In this document: positions 38,657 to 51,369 of the stretch, piece after piece
How positions within the stretch are numbered: the first letter of the stretch is position 1
How the letters are laid out: each line of letters starts with the position of its first letter
Source of the DNA: Lingula anatina
Taxonomy: Eukaryota > Animalia > Brachiopoda
Direction of reading: 5' to 3'
Length of the DNA stretch: 64,000 nucleotides
Assembly (NCBI GenBank): GCA_051362555.1
Contig: CM120649.1
Location: 4,836,001-4,900,000, forward strand
The notes under the pieces: generated by a model
Databases searched by the model: none
What the model was told of the DNA's origin: nothing
What the model saw: only the letters and a program-made list of their open reading frames with translations
Translations under genes and position numbers: made by a program

Positions 38657-40200
38657 CTAGGCAAAGGAGGGTAGTTCCGGTGGTACCACCCTAAGTCGAG
38701 CAGCATGCGTGGCAGACCTGTAGTCGGCATAGGTGCTGTAACTAAGTACACATTTCACAGAGAAAGCGTTGACAGAGGAGTTCATGATTGTAATCGACGA
38801 GGCGATGGCGTTGATCACATCCATGTCGGCATTGTCTCCAATAGCAATGACACAGATGGTAATTCCTGAAATGGTGAGAGAGAAGTATACATTATGCGCA
38901 ATAAAAAATTACATAAGGAACAAAATAAGTCTATGTTGTGGCAACGTACTCGCTGCTTTACTGTTAAACGATATCATTCAGTTCGTGTAATAGACAAACT
39001 GTCCTTGAAGTAGCGTTAGTACATACCTTTATTCTTCATAGCCGTTGCCATAGGTCTGGGGTCACTATAGCCTTTACTATAGTGTCCATCAGTGGTCATC
39101 CAGACTAGGCGCTTGTGTGAATTATAATCAGGTCCCAGCATTTGGTTTTGCATTTTATTATTCATTAATTTATTATTATTTATTATTTTTTTGGGGGAGG
39201 GGGGGGGACTAGATAGAAAAGTCCCAAGGCCCTTGGAAGAGATACGCACATTCCCGTTCGAACTTTTTTAGCCCTAGAGATGTACCGTATCGGTTCCAGA
39301 TGAAATGTCTAGTCCGCTTATTAAAAACTAAGAACAGCAGCAGTTAAAGGTCACTAGGACATCGCACTACAACTGCTTTTTAAAGTGACTACTTTAAAGT
39401 GACTACGATCTCAGGATTGTTCAAGATGCTTGGTTTTCATATATTGAAAAAAAGAAAAATAGGGCAGACCAGCAAAGGTCATTTCAACAGCAACCAGCAA
39501 CACCTTTAATGGAGGCATGATATTAATATGTATTATGAACCATGCTGCCCTTTTCTTAAACAGTAAACAACAACCGACATCCTTTTTTACCACTATCCTA
39601 TACCAAATCCCTGGATATGCATAGTAGAACTTTCAAGGCTGTACTTTCTTTCTTTCTTTTTTATTTTATTTTGTATACCCTGTCTTCCAAAACTCGGGAG
39701 TTTCTTCATACCTTTTTCACATACAAAGCACAGAGGTACACGTCTATGGTACATATAGGATGCATAGTAAAATCAGTTGAGAATATTCACTTTCAGTTGT
39801 TGTAGGTTTCCGATATCTGTTTCCCCAACAATGCATATATTGCATATGGTGAAGTCTGTTGTGTCATATAGTGCATGAGGCATGCTGTATGATAGGATTG
39901 GGCAGTCATGTTATGGTCAGGTTTGAGTGATAGCTTTAAATCCGTTCTCCCTACATCAGCCCGCTGAAGGTGCTTCACCCTAGAGTACAACTTCAGACCG
40001 TGAAGGTCATTCCAACAGCAACCAGCAGCACAATCGCGACAAAATTCATATTTAATGGTGACAGGAACTTGGTCCATGAACAAAAGAGGAACTACCTCGG
40101 TTGTTTAAATAGGAAATGGTCCTCCAAGTAGATATTTATGCAAAACACTATGTCTGTCCATTTATAAAATTTTACTTCCCTGTATGAACCAATCGTTTAT
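38657..40200 (-). pseudogene. Broken VWA copy D (B-like)
   Basis: Intact exon 4 (38865-38657) and the 3' part of exon 3 (39114-39027) are fused to spacer DNA. Exon 2 is missing. Two exon-1 remnants (~39460-39515 and ~39995-40050, MNFVAIVLLVAVGMTFTV*). TATA mutated to CATAAAT. Confidence 0.85.
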
Positions 40201-41350
40201 TAGGCCCTCTTTTCTTATGTCAAAAAGTCCTGCATCTAGACCATTGTAATGCTGATAATGTAATTTTATTGGTTTACACCAGGTGTCCCTTTAAAAACGT
40301 GGATATTTTGCTGAAGGGAAACATTGCCCATGTTAACACCTGTCACGTAGACAATAGGAAGGTCCAAGGCGTTGAATTGTAATTAAATGCTTCACTTTAA
40401 AAACAATATATAAATAGACTTTTTACTGGGCGACAGGTGCATCCCGATTCCTTAAAAAAGCATTTTAATTATTAAAATCAATTTCAAGACATTCGTACTG
40501 TTAACTGGAAAGGCCCAGATAGATTCAGTGATTGCCTTTGTACCACATTGTACCAGTATATTAATGTATAATGAACCACTCTGTCGTTTTTTTAAGCAGT
40601 AAACAGCAACCAACATCCTTTTTTTACAAGAAACCCCTGGATGCCCATATGATAACCTTCAACGCTGTGATTATTGTATAGCATGTAATGCTTCACCCCG
40701 CAACAGTAAGCGTTACTTTGTCTTCCAAAGCACAGAGTATATGTAGTGTAAATTGAATATTGAAACATCCACTCTGACACATACTGTCACATACATGATG
40801 GAAATGGAAATCAATGTCCTGACAAAGGCTAAGTGTGACAGTTCATGAAACCGTAGAATGTGATTCACCTCACAGTGTACAGTGTACGTACTTCAGATAC
40901 CTTGAAGTCTCGGTGACAGGAGAGTGCTTGGCACCTGTAGCGAGCATTATAATCACAATCGTTACATCACTTCATTTGGAAGAAGTGAGTTAAGGTGTAA
41001 TAAAAGGCTTCACCATGACAACACACTTGCTGACAGTCCTTGTCTGGTTTAGCGATTTGTAGCAGAAAAGCAACGCTTTGAGGATAGATAACCCCTATTC
41101 GGGCCCTGATATGCAAACCCTTTGGAGCACTGTGGGATGATTATTCCAGATACCGTATATATGGTATATACGAGAATATATGTACATAAAGAGCTCATCA
41201 GGGATGGAAAATTCACTGGCTCTGCCTCGATCTATTTGTTTAATCTTAATTATAAGTTTATTTTTCTGAGGCAGAGAAGGGGTTCCTCCGAAGGTAAAGT
41301 GTGGGTCCACTGTAACTTCCCCTAGATTTTTCAAGATAGTTGCACATATA

Positions 41351-41586
41351 GGGGAGACCGGGGCTAGTTGGACCCCGGGGTAAGTTGGCCCCCCATCAAG
41401 TCTCTTTTATAAAGTTACTTTAAGATGCTAAATTATTTCATTTGGACTCACTGCCGACGCTTTCTTAGCACTATTAGATACGATCACTTTACAAAATGAT
41501 GTGATCAATTCTTTTGCCCCATAGTTACTTTGTCATAAATTGATGGGGGCCAACTTACCCGGGGTCCAACTAGCCCCGGTCTCCCC
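41351..41586. mobile_element. Tc1/mariner-superfamily (pogo/Fot1-like) MITE, 236 bp
   Basis: TA|ggggagaccggggctagttggacccc ... ggggtccaactagccccggtctcccc|TA. Absent from the paralogous spacer at ~33350-33375. Confidence 0.88.
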
Positions 41587-42154
41587 TACCTAAAATCACT
41601 TACATTAATGAACAGAAAGAGGCAGTAAAATAGCATTTGAAATTGTTTATTTCCACTGAATGCACAGAATGTAGTAGTAGTAGTTTACAATCCAGAAGTA
41701 CCAAATTGCCGTGCAACGATTAATATAGGTGCAAATTTTCTGCACGAAAATAAGTTTTTTTTTTTTTTTTTTTGCAATGTCAAAAACTATTTTTCTGAAT
41801 TTTGATACATTTCAATAACTATTATCAAATACAAATACCATACCAAAACAATGGAGTTCTTATTTTCATTTTACACCACTTTGCATGTTGGAATAGCTTA
41901 CTTTTCAGAAATATCCAAATGTGCCTTGAACATGTTAACATATAGATATTGTCCGAGAAAACATTTTAGTTGCATGAAATCAAGACGTTCCAATAAATGT
42001 GGCAATTATCTGGTTTTGTGTCACAACAGAGTCAGTAAAAACAAGTACATCATTCAAAATGTATTATCAGCATGTGATACCAAGTTACAAAGAGTGATCG
42101 AAATAAGCTAGACTCCAATCTGCAGATTAAGGGAACAGTTTAAGAAATCTGTTC

Positions 42155-44256
42155 CTATGCCAGCAGCCGCAGCCGGGCATAGTACGTGGCCCACCTGTAG
42201 GCGGTGTAGGAGCGGTATCTAAGTACACATTTCGTACGGATATAGCCGAAGATGGTCTTGATTCTAATCCATGAGGCCATGGCGTTGATCACAGTCATGT
42301 TAGCATCGCGTCCAATAGCAACGACACAAATGACAATTCCTGAAATGGGGAAAAGAAGTTTATACATGCAGTGTGGTGCAAAAAGAATTTAAAAAATAGA
42401 TAAAACCCAAAATTAGTCTCTATATTGTCCAAACAGTCTCTAAGCTTTAATTTAAAATGAAATCATACATTTTATGCCATAGACAACCTGGCCTTTGAAG
42501 TGCTTTAGGACATACCTCTTCTCTTCATAGCCGTTGCCCTGGGTCTCGGGTCACCCCCGACATTATATTTTCCATCAGTGGTCATCCAGACGAGGCGTTT
42601 GCCGAAAAAACCAAGCTGAACATTACACAAAGACAATGCCATGTTTATATTCGTCATGCCACCTGTGAATATAGTGGAAAATACATGGCGTATAAACTCA
42701 CAATGTGGTAGTAGAGTTAATCCATCTTCACAAAAAATGTCAACAAGTGAAATGTGCTTTAAAATCTAGAATGAAACGTGCACGTGCACTACAACAACAT
42801 ATGACATGGTGCATAAACGTAAACAATTTGCTCAACTCTTATAACAAAATACAAATTTGTGATAAATTAGTTCCATAACAAAGAAGAACTATTTTTCCAA
42901 AACTGAACCTTCATCTATTTTTCTCATTACATTCTTGACAAGCCTTTTTACTGTAGTTTGTAACTCCTTATAATACGTTATGTAAAGTCCAAAGAGGAAG
43001 AGTAGGCTTGTTGACTATTCTGATTAAGAAGCCATTGATTAGGAAGATCATGGATCCATTGTCTTGCTTTGATACTAAAAAGTGTGATTCCCCACATATC
43101 GTCAGAATGTACCTGAGCAAGTGACTAGTGAACATTAAACGATTGAAACTGGTTATTGTCGTCAGCGTTGGATTTCCTCATAGCGATTTACACGTAACTA
43201 TTTTGACCACGAATCTGTAAGGTAGTATTCACGCGTTATCCATCCTAAAAGTTTACAACGGTGTCCGTATTTCGAGCTCGTTTCTAAATTTGATTCATAG
43301 CTAAATTTTGTGCGGTTCCGGACAGTATGTGTGTGTGTGAATGCGGGGTCCGTAAGTATTTGTTTCAGTAAGTATCTGTGGGTGCGTCTGTACAGCTTTG
43401 TGTTCGTATATCTGAGTGTGTGGCAAGCCTGACCATGTCCACACGTGTTGGCACGAGTGTCTGAGTCAGACTATTCGTATGCATATTTTCGCTTGACAAA
43501 ATGAGTACACATGCATGCGTGTAACAAGTTCATAATGTAGTATGTATATTTTGACCTTCACTGATAATTGCACATTTGTCGAACTTACCCGGCCCTTTCG
43601 GCACGGCGGCAATAGCCGCGTCATTCTGTGGGTAGAACGGATACTTCCCCAGAGGGAAGATGAGCTGCGCCCGGGTAGAGAAGCGTACTAGACCAATCCT
43701 ATGTCTCCAAGGTGCAATACTGTTCCGGCCAGGAGTGTTGTTGATCATGGCAAGGATATTCTGAAGCAAGATATTTATTAGAATGAACCAAATGTTTTGT
43801 TACGATTTTAAAGAAAGATTTTTGAAAATATAAAATACAATAATAGGGCTAGTCTTTTCACTGTCACTTCCCCAAAGTCACGTTTCTATCTTTTAATCAT
43901 GCATATTTCAGAATCATGAGAAGTTATGAAATCGAATAATTATTTTTTATGTAATATTTCCATTTTATCTGACATTGTTTATTTTTTATATCAACACTTG
44001 ACGTTGAAAGAGATTGCGCAGTGCCATGTGCCACCTTTATGACCAATTCATTGTATCTCACCCTGGTCGCTAATTTGTACTGTGCCCACTCAGTGGTGCT
44101 AATGCTACCGCTGCTGTCCAAAACAAACATCACTTTCCAGTAGGGATATCTGCCCATCAGCGCTTTGATGATCTGGTCGATTGTGACAGCCTCGGTACCC
44201 AGACCATTGAAGGCGATTCCAACAGCAACCAACAGCACCAGTGTGGCTAACTTCAT
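42155..44256 (-). CDS. Secreted single-VWA protein, copy E (232 aa, basic paralog)
   Basis: Exons 44256-44062, 43760-43589, 42662-42516, 42339-42155. LDSSGS; GPGGMTNINMAL; VWMTTDGKYNVG; ends ...YRWATYYARLRLLA*. Confidence 0.9.
42959..43526. mobile_element. Solo LTR (568 bp, Gypsy-like) in intron 2 of VWA copy E
   Basis: TGTAAC...GTAACA termini; 4-bp TSD AGTT (42955-58 / 43527-30); internal ATTAAA at ~43134; absent from paralogous introns. Confidence 0.72.
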
Positions 44257-44934
44257 TTTCAATGACAGCAGGAACTTGGTCCACGTGGAGATGATAGAAG
44301 AGGAGCTACCTTGGTTCTTTCACAGTGAGACGGATGGACGAACTGATATTTATACAAAACACTAACATAAGTTTCCTTTCATTAAAATGTATTTCCCTGT
44401 ATGGACCAATCATGTTTTCAGAATCTGAATGTTATTTTTACCCATATTTGTTTTTTGGCAAAATACCTAATTCTAGAGACTACTGTAACTTTGAAAACGA
44501 CATGGTAGCAGATTACACCAGACAATTATCAGGTTTTTCTTCAATGGCCTTCAATGGTGAATATATTGTTGAAGTAAACATTTGTCACATTGATTAGTGG
44601 AAAGTCTGCCGATTTAAATCGTAATTGAACAATATTAAAATAGACTATTTCCTGTTGCTTTAAACGCGAACCCGGTGTAATATCCACTTATTCCAAAAAT
44701 ATAAACATTTAACAGTTTTAAGGCCTTCGTCCCTAGATAGTAACACAGACTGGTGCAATGATGGTCTTGTGCCAGAGCTATGAAAGAACATTAAAACAAT
44801 GAAGTATCTGAAAAAAGTATCAAGGCGTCTTTAATGACGCATATTTGAATTTTTAAAGTTTTTTTTTCAACTACCATGTAATCTCACTGGTTTCGTACTT
44901 AATTACTAAGACTAAATGTACTACTACTTCAACT

Positions 44935-44978
<44 letters not shown>

Positions 44979-46282
44979 ATGTAATTAGCATTTAATCATT
45001 ATAGCAATAATGACACAAAGTCATCCAGTATTGTGGGTTGAGGTTGAGAAATTTTCTGAATCCCTCTTGTTTCCTTGTATGCGAAACACTCAGGTAAGCA
45101 CGCTGATGTAACAGCATAATGAATAAAGCATAACAGCTACTTTCAATACAGTTGAGTACCCATTATACTTTTTGGTGTGTCTTAGCTAGAATTCATAAAT
45201 ATTATTTATCATGATGTAAAACTGTTTAATGGGCCATGCTGTCGTTTTCGTAAACAGTAAACAACAACCGCCATATCCTTTTTCCACCACTAATAATCCC
45301 TGGATATGCATAGTAGAACATTCAACGCTGTTTTTTCTTTCTTTTTTGTATACTCTGTCTTCCAAAACTCGGAGTTTATTCCTACTTTTTTATGCACAAA
45401 GCATAGGGGAACACGTCTAATGTACATATACATAGTGCGTAGCAAAATCAGTTGAGAATATTCACTTTCGGTTGTTGGAGGTTTCCGAAATCTGTTTCTC
45501 CAACAATGTATATATTGCATATACATGTAGTAGAATCTGTTGCGTCAGGTACTGCATGAGGCATACTGAATGATGGGAATGGACAGTCATGTTACTGAAT
45601 GATGGGAATGGACAGTCAGTTCTCCCTACATCAACCAACTGAAAGTGCTTCACCTTATACTACTACGTGAGATCTTGAGATCCTGGTGGCTGCTTTAACC
45701 CCACCGTGAGGCATTCTTGAAATAGAACGACATTAACATTATTAAGTTAAATGGGCACGATTTCATTAAGAATAAATTTACAGGATTTAATCAGGTGCAA
45801 CTGAATAAAAGCAAGACAGTCGTTAACAGCGAGTAAAATGTTGTTAGGTGACATGTACCGGTAGTGCGAAAATTCCTCTTTGTATTGGGCCAGAGTTGAA
45901 AATGTTAACACCGTATTTAAGAAGCCAGTTGTTTTGAAGATTTCACAATAAAATATTTTTTCCAAGTGCACGGCCTTCATCACAGCTGCAAGTTGGCCTT
46001 TGTTAAATTTCCAAATATTTCCATATATTTAGAATACAGTTTAAATATGTTAAGTTTAAGTGTTTAAAGAGATTACCTAATAATAACATAGGGGCCTATA
46101 GAATATTTGATTGACAAAGTAGAAAGGGGGCATTTAAGGTCATGTAAAATGTGCTGAGAAATAAAAATATAATGATTAATTATGTAGGCCTTTATGCACT
46201 GGCAGAGAGAGAGGGGGCGGTGGTAAATAAACAAGGGAAACCCAACTCGTCGTCACTGTAACAGAAATTTCTGATTATTTCA

Positions 46283-46323
<41 letters not shown>

Positions 46324-46825
46324 ACAAGTAAAATCGAGCAACAGAAATAATAAACTGGTTTTACAGACACGAGGAAGGACACTCTTTATTTGCACGAGAA
46401 CAATATATCGCAACTAGGCTACATGAGACTAACAGGAAACATAAGTAGGGATAAATAGTTGCTTAAAAGTTTAAACAAAAATAATATGAAAAAAGATAAA
46501 TTAAAAATGATATATAGAATCAAAAATAATAATGCTAATGATAATGTCTACTGTGGGGCATGAAAAAAATTATTGTGCCCTACAATAGACACTTAAGTAT
46601 TAAAAAATTAAAACGTAAAAGTGTCGTCTATAATCCTTTTTCTTGATTCATCGTTAGTCTTTTTAGACTGCGGAATGTCAAAAATTGGTCATTGCCCACA
46701 GTAAATAGGCCACATATCCAGAATACCGTTGACACATAAATTTTATTATGTAATAGCAAGGTAAATTTGGCAAGAAAATGAAAACTAGAGGGGACTCACA
46801 AGTGGCTACATCTAGCCTAACGAAT

Positions 46826-46828
<3 letters not shown>

Positions 46829-46883
<55 letters not shown>
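46829..46883. repeat. (TA)n microsatellite
   Basis: About 27 TA units. Confidence 0.95.
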
Positions 46884-46886
<3 letters not shown>

Positions 46887-47587
46887 TATAATGTTTTTAA
46901 CGTGAATTTGTTTGGTTTAAAAAGTTTTTAACGGTGTTTTACAAACGTTTTTAAAACGTTCTGATAATGTTTCGAAAAATTAAATTGTTAAAATGTTATA
47001 ATAATGTCTCCATAAAACATTAAATATACATAACGAAAACGTTATATGTAAGTGGAATAATAATAACATTACAAATGTTTGTCATCCAAAAGCAGTCAAA
47101 CTGGGAGGAAGTAAACAAATGAGCACTCTTTCGCTTTGGGAGTTCGGAAAGGGCTTCAGGTGCCTGGAAGCCGAACTGTAGAAGTTCGGTGAAAGTGATC
47201 GATGATTTTGGAAGGTAATGGTTTTGATTTAGAAACAGTTTAGGTGTAGTAGGTTAAGTAATGTTACGTTCAAAACAAAAGACATGAAATATACTGGCTT
47301 TGATAAAAAAGAAAGAGTAAATCTTGAACGGGATGGGTGCAGTCGTAATTATTTGTGGAATTTCCAAATGCCACACTGTATAATTTGTAAGTGTAATTAA
47401 AACATGCGTTTATTTTGGCTTGTGTTCAATTCAAAACATTTTCTTTGATAGGACATAGATTACAAACTTTTTCAGTCAAAAGTAATGCTCTGATCTTTAC
47501 TAGTAAACACAGACAGAATAAGAGAAAGAGTGTCTTGGAGAGCCTATAAGCAATTATTATTCCACTTACAGAAGATAGTTTTTCCAC

Positions 47588-48839
47588 ATGTGGCCATCCC
47601 AGCTGTTACTTCTCATCACACTTTTCAATATGAACATTTTGCGCCTCGCCGCAAAGAAAGAACCACTGACCCCTGTGCTCCAAAAAGCCAAAATGTCATG
47701 TCAAGATGATGGCTCCTGTCCCAAGAAAGTGGACAAAACAGAGTTGAAGAAACGCCTCACCCCACTGCAGTACAGAGTGACACAGGAGAAGGGAACAGAA
47801 AGGTATGGGGTTCATGTTCTGCTGGACAGAATAGGAAATCTCAAGAAATTCTTACTAGTACTTGATGATCTGTTAAGGATCATTTTACATATACACAGGT
47901 TATATTCTGGACATTATATTTCTATGTGACCTACTCACTGGAATATTCAGAATAATCCTATTTCTTAACCATGTGGTCAGTCTCAGTTTTTAATTTTTGA
48001 GTTTACAGTTTTCCTGGTCTAGATAGAAGAATTGGACTTGTGTTATAAGCAGAAAGTTAGGAGTATAGTACATTGCATTGCTTTATGGGACATAGGTTAA
48101 CAGTCATTGTTAGGATACATTTGTAAGTACCAGTACCTTGCTTAAAAAGGGGAAAAATGTTCAAATTTCTAAAAAAAATTCTATAGCTCTAATAATATTA
48201 TTGGACATTGTATTGATTTAATTTCAGTGCCTTTTCTGGGAAATACGTCAAAGTAACAGATGAAGGTGTATTTAATTGCATAGTCTGTAACAGCACCCTT
48301 TTCTCGTCTGAAAGTAAATTTGACTCTAAATCTGGCTGGCCTTCTTTCTCTGATGTCTACGAGCGAGGCAGGGTAGCGCTTATTGATGACTATTCTCATG
48401 GTAAGTTACGCTGTTGTGTGCAAAGTACAAAATTGGATAGAGTGAATGTTTTAAGTCCAGTATCAGAGTTATACATAGTTCTCATACCAAAAAGTTTCTT
48501 CAGACATCAGCAAAATTCAGAGCTTTTGCCACTGCAATATTTCAATCAAGATCCCTTCTTCAGTGAGCAGGCCTATAGATAGACACTCCAAAATTTGAAG
48601 AGGGAATGCCTGGATTTAGCAATTGTTGAAGAAGATATTATAATTGTAATTTTGAGAGCATAACAAATTCTTAGCTGCTCGAGTTTTTTTTTTTCTGCAT
48701 TTCTTTGTGTGTCCCATATTTGGTTTATCAGTGTGCATTTGCATGTCTGTGTGCTTGAACATTTTTTCCCTCTATGTGCCTCCAATGTGCTTGGTTTTGT
48801 GTCTGAGTATGTATGTTAATTCGTGTGTGCATGCACATT

Positions 48840-48876
<37 letters not shown>

Positions 48877-49640
48877 GTGAATGTGTCATATTCTGTCGGT
48901 ATCAGTGCACATACAGTGGTATTCTCAAATTTACTGTGCACTGAAATCAGAATAAACAGTCTGTAAAATTGAATTGTTTTGTGGTGTATCAGGATCAAAC
49001 AAAATGTCAATAAAAAGTTATAGTCGGAGTTTCATTGCAAGTCAGTATAAGATAATAAAGGCGGATGGCAGACACATAAAACTGCTTACTATTACATTAG
49101 TAAACATGAAAGGAAATTTAAACAGTACAGACATAAAAATTGCGTGATGACACAGAATAGTTTTATATGTCCTGGTGACAAAAGTGGGTCAACTTCAAAG
49201 CTGCTGATGGCGAAGATGTAATCTTCCTTCACTCACACATGAGTCATCTTATACTGCAAATATATTAGGTTAGCCTCCAGTTTGATACTGTTGTTTAGCA
49301 TAAAGTTAGCAGTAAAATTATCAATGTGTCAATGTGGGAGACATTTGTGGGCTTATTCTTGCTTTGAAATGAAGTGACTTCAATCCCAGGCGGAGAAATA
49401 ATTTAAGCAATAGTTTTCTTTTTTTATTTTTTGGTAATTTTTTTTTACACATCTCCTGTTTTATCAACAGGTATGCAGCGCGTTGAGGTCGTTTGTACAG
49501 AATGCGGTGCACATCTGGGCCACGTGTTTACTGACGGACCAGAGCCGACAGGATTACGATATTGTATTAACTCAGCAGCATTAGATTTCGTGAAGTCTGA
49601 GGATAAAGAGAACCATGTGAAAGTGAAGTCAGAACTTTGA
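47588..49640 (+). CDS. MSRB3: Methionine-R-sulfoxide reductase B3-like, isoform with ER-retention-like tail
   Basis: Exons 47588-47802, 48228-48400, 49471-49640. Hydrophobic N-terminus; SCQDDGSC; [18 protein letters not shown]; CIVC; GWPSF; [12 protein letters not shown]; RYCINS; C-terminal KSEL. Confidence 0.92.
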
Positions 49641-50429
49641 ATGAGATAGACATTCTTAGAAGTTGATTTATTTGAGGTTGAAAGACAAGAAAAATCATGT
49701 GACAATCAGTGTTAACTCTTCAGTCTGAGGCAGTCTTGTAAAAAGATTAAAATGCACTTGAGAATTTACATAGGAAAAAAATGCACTAACTCATTAATTT
49801 AGAAGTATACCTTATCCAAATCTGTTGAGAAAATAAATAAAATTATGTATAGAGCCTATTTCAAGCAGAGCCTTTATACTTCAATTTTTACTGTAACAAG
49901 TGAAGTTCTCCCAACTTAATTATAAAATTGACTCAGAAATTTAAAAAATTTATTGCACAGAAATGTGTGGATAGATTGTAATTCTGTCAACAGTTATGGA
50001 TGTAGTATGCCTTATATAGTGATTAAGGAGAAAAGTGTTGAGATTTCTTAGAAATTTTGTTTGATATTCAGAAATCTACTGCATTTTATGAGATTTATAT
50101 ATAATTCTATAAAATAAAATATTAAACTGTTTGGAAAGATTTGACAGACCAGTGGAAGAAAAATTGTGACATCGTTTACAAGGATAAACTAGGCAAAAGT
50201 TTCCCAAGTTGTAAAGTAAAATGTGGATTATTTTGTAAAAGAAAAAAAAAAAAATAATAAAAATAGGTAATAGTCAAGCTAAACAACAGCTAGTAGCAGA
50301 GATATTGAAAGATAATTAAAAGCCAGTGTGGATTCCCAAGAATGCAAAAAAGAAACACTTCCCTGGTTTCTTATACTACAAAAATAAAGTTGACATACCA
50401 AGACACAAACAAAATTAATCCCTCATACT

Positions 50430-50469
<40 letters not shown>

Positions 50470-50954
50470 GCACCTTCTTCAAATTTTTACTCATAAATTT
50501 ATCTATCTATCTATCTAAATTTTTTTGGCTTGTAAATTAATCTATTTAAATATATTTATGTAAAACCATCCCTAGAGCTCTTTTATCCATGTTTTCCTCA
50601 GTCTTCCTGCCTGTTAATTGTACTATATATTTAACAAAAGGTGTTATTTTTTGTCCTGGTGGTGAAGGATGTCATGTACTACTGGTAGTCTAGAATGCAA
50701 AGGATGTCATGAGTTGCTGCCTTTTACTTTTTTTTAAAGAAGTATATAGATATATGCCATGATGGTGTAATTTTTAAGTACTTTTTGTGAAGGAATATAG
50801 AGCATGTGTGTCTTTGTGATATTTGGAGTAGGAATGGGTGAGTTTTTTTATGTGTGTTAGTTTTGTATTTTGACTTTTTGTTTTAGCTTTATGAGTTCAT
50901 TTAGTGTCTTTGATCAGTTTTAATTTTTGTGTTTAAGTTAGTGATGGTGACTCA

Positions 50955-50992
<38 letters not shown>

Positions 50993-51229
50993 TAGTAATA
51001 CAAACCTGAGGCAATTTTTTGTTTAGTTTTTCGAAAAAGCTAGTTCATTAGGTTGAAGACTTGATTTGACTATCAATTTTTTCTCAACTTTTTTAGTATA
51101 TATTAGAAATAGTGAAAGAACAAAATTTGAAAGTCAAGAATTTGAAATGCATAGGAATCTGATTAAAAAACTAAATAAATATAATAATTGAACTAAATAA
51201 AAACTAAAATTTACTGATATCAATTTCAG

Positions 51230-51369
51230 GTATGCACAGATTGGAAGTAAAATGTAAAAAATGTAACGCACATCTCGGTCATCTCTTTGACGATGGTCCA
51301 CTGCCAACAAAACTTCGTTACTGTGTGAACTCTGCTTCATTGGACTTCAAGAAGTGGACTACTGTATGA
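51230..51369 (+). CDS. MSRB3: Duplicated alternative terminal exon of MSRB3 (second catalytic exon)
   Basis: Acceptor caatttcag|GT ATG CAC in the same phase as 49471. Encodes [46 protein letters not shown] with CxxC, HLGH and RYCVNS intact. Confidence 0.85.

Noticed and set aside
46885-47105. AAACGTTT-rich segment ending CTGGG as a second EnSpm-like element
   Set aside because: Too degenerate; no matching left terminus or TSD found.
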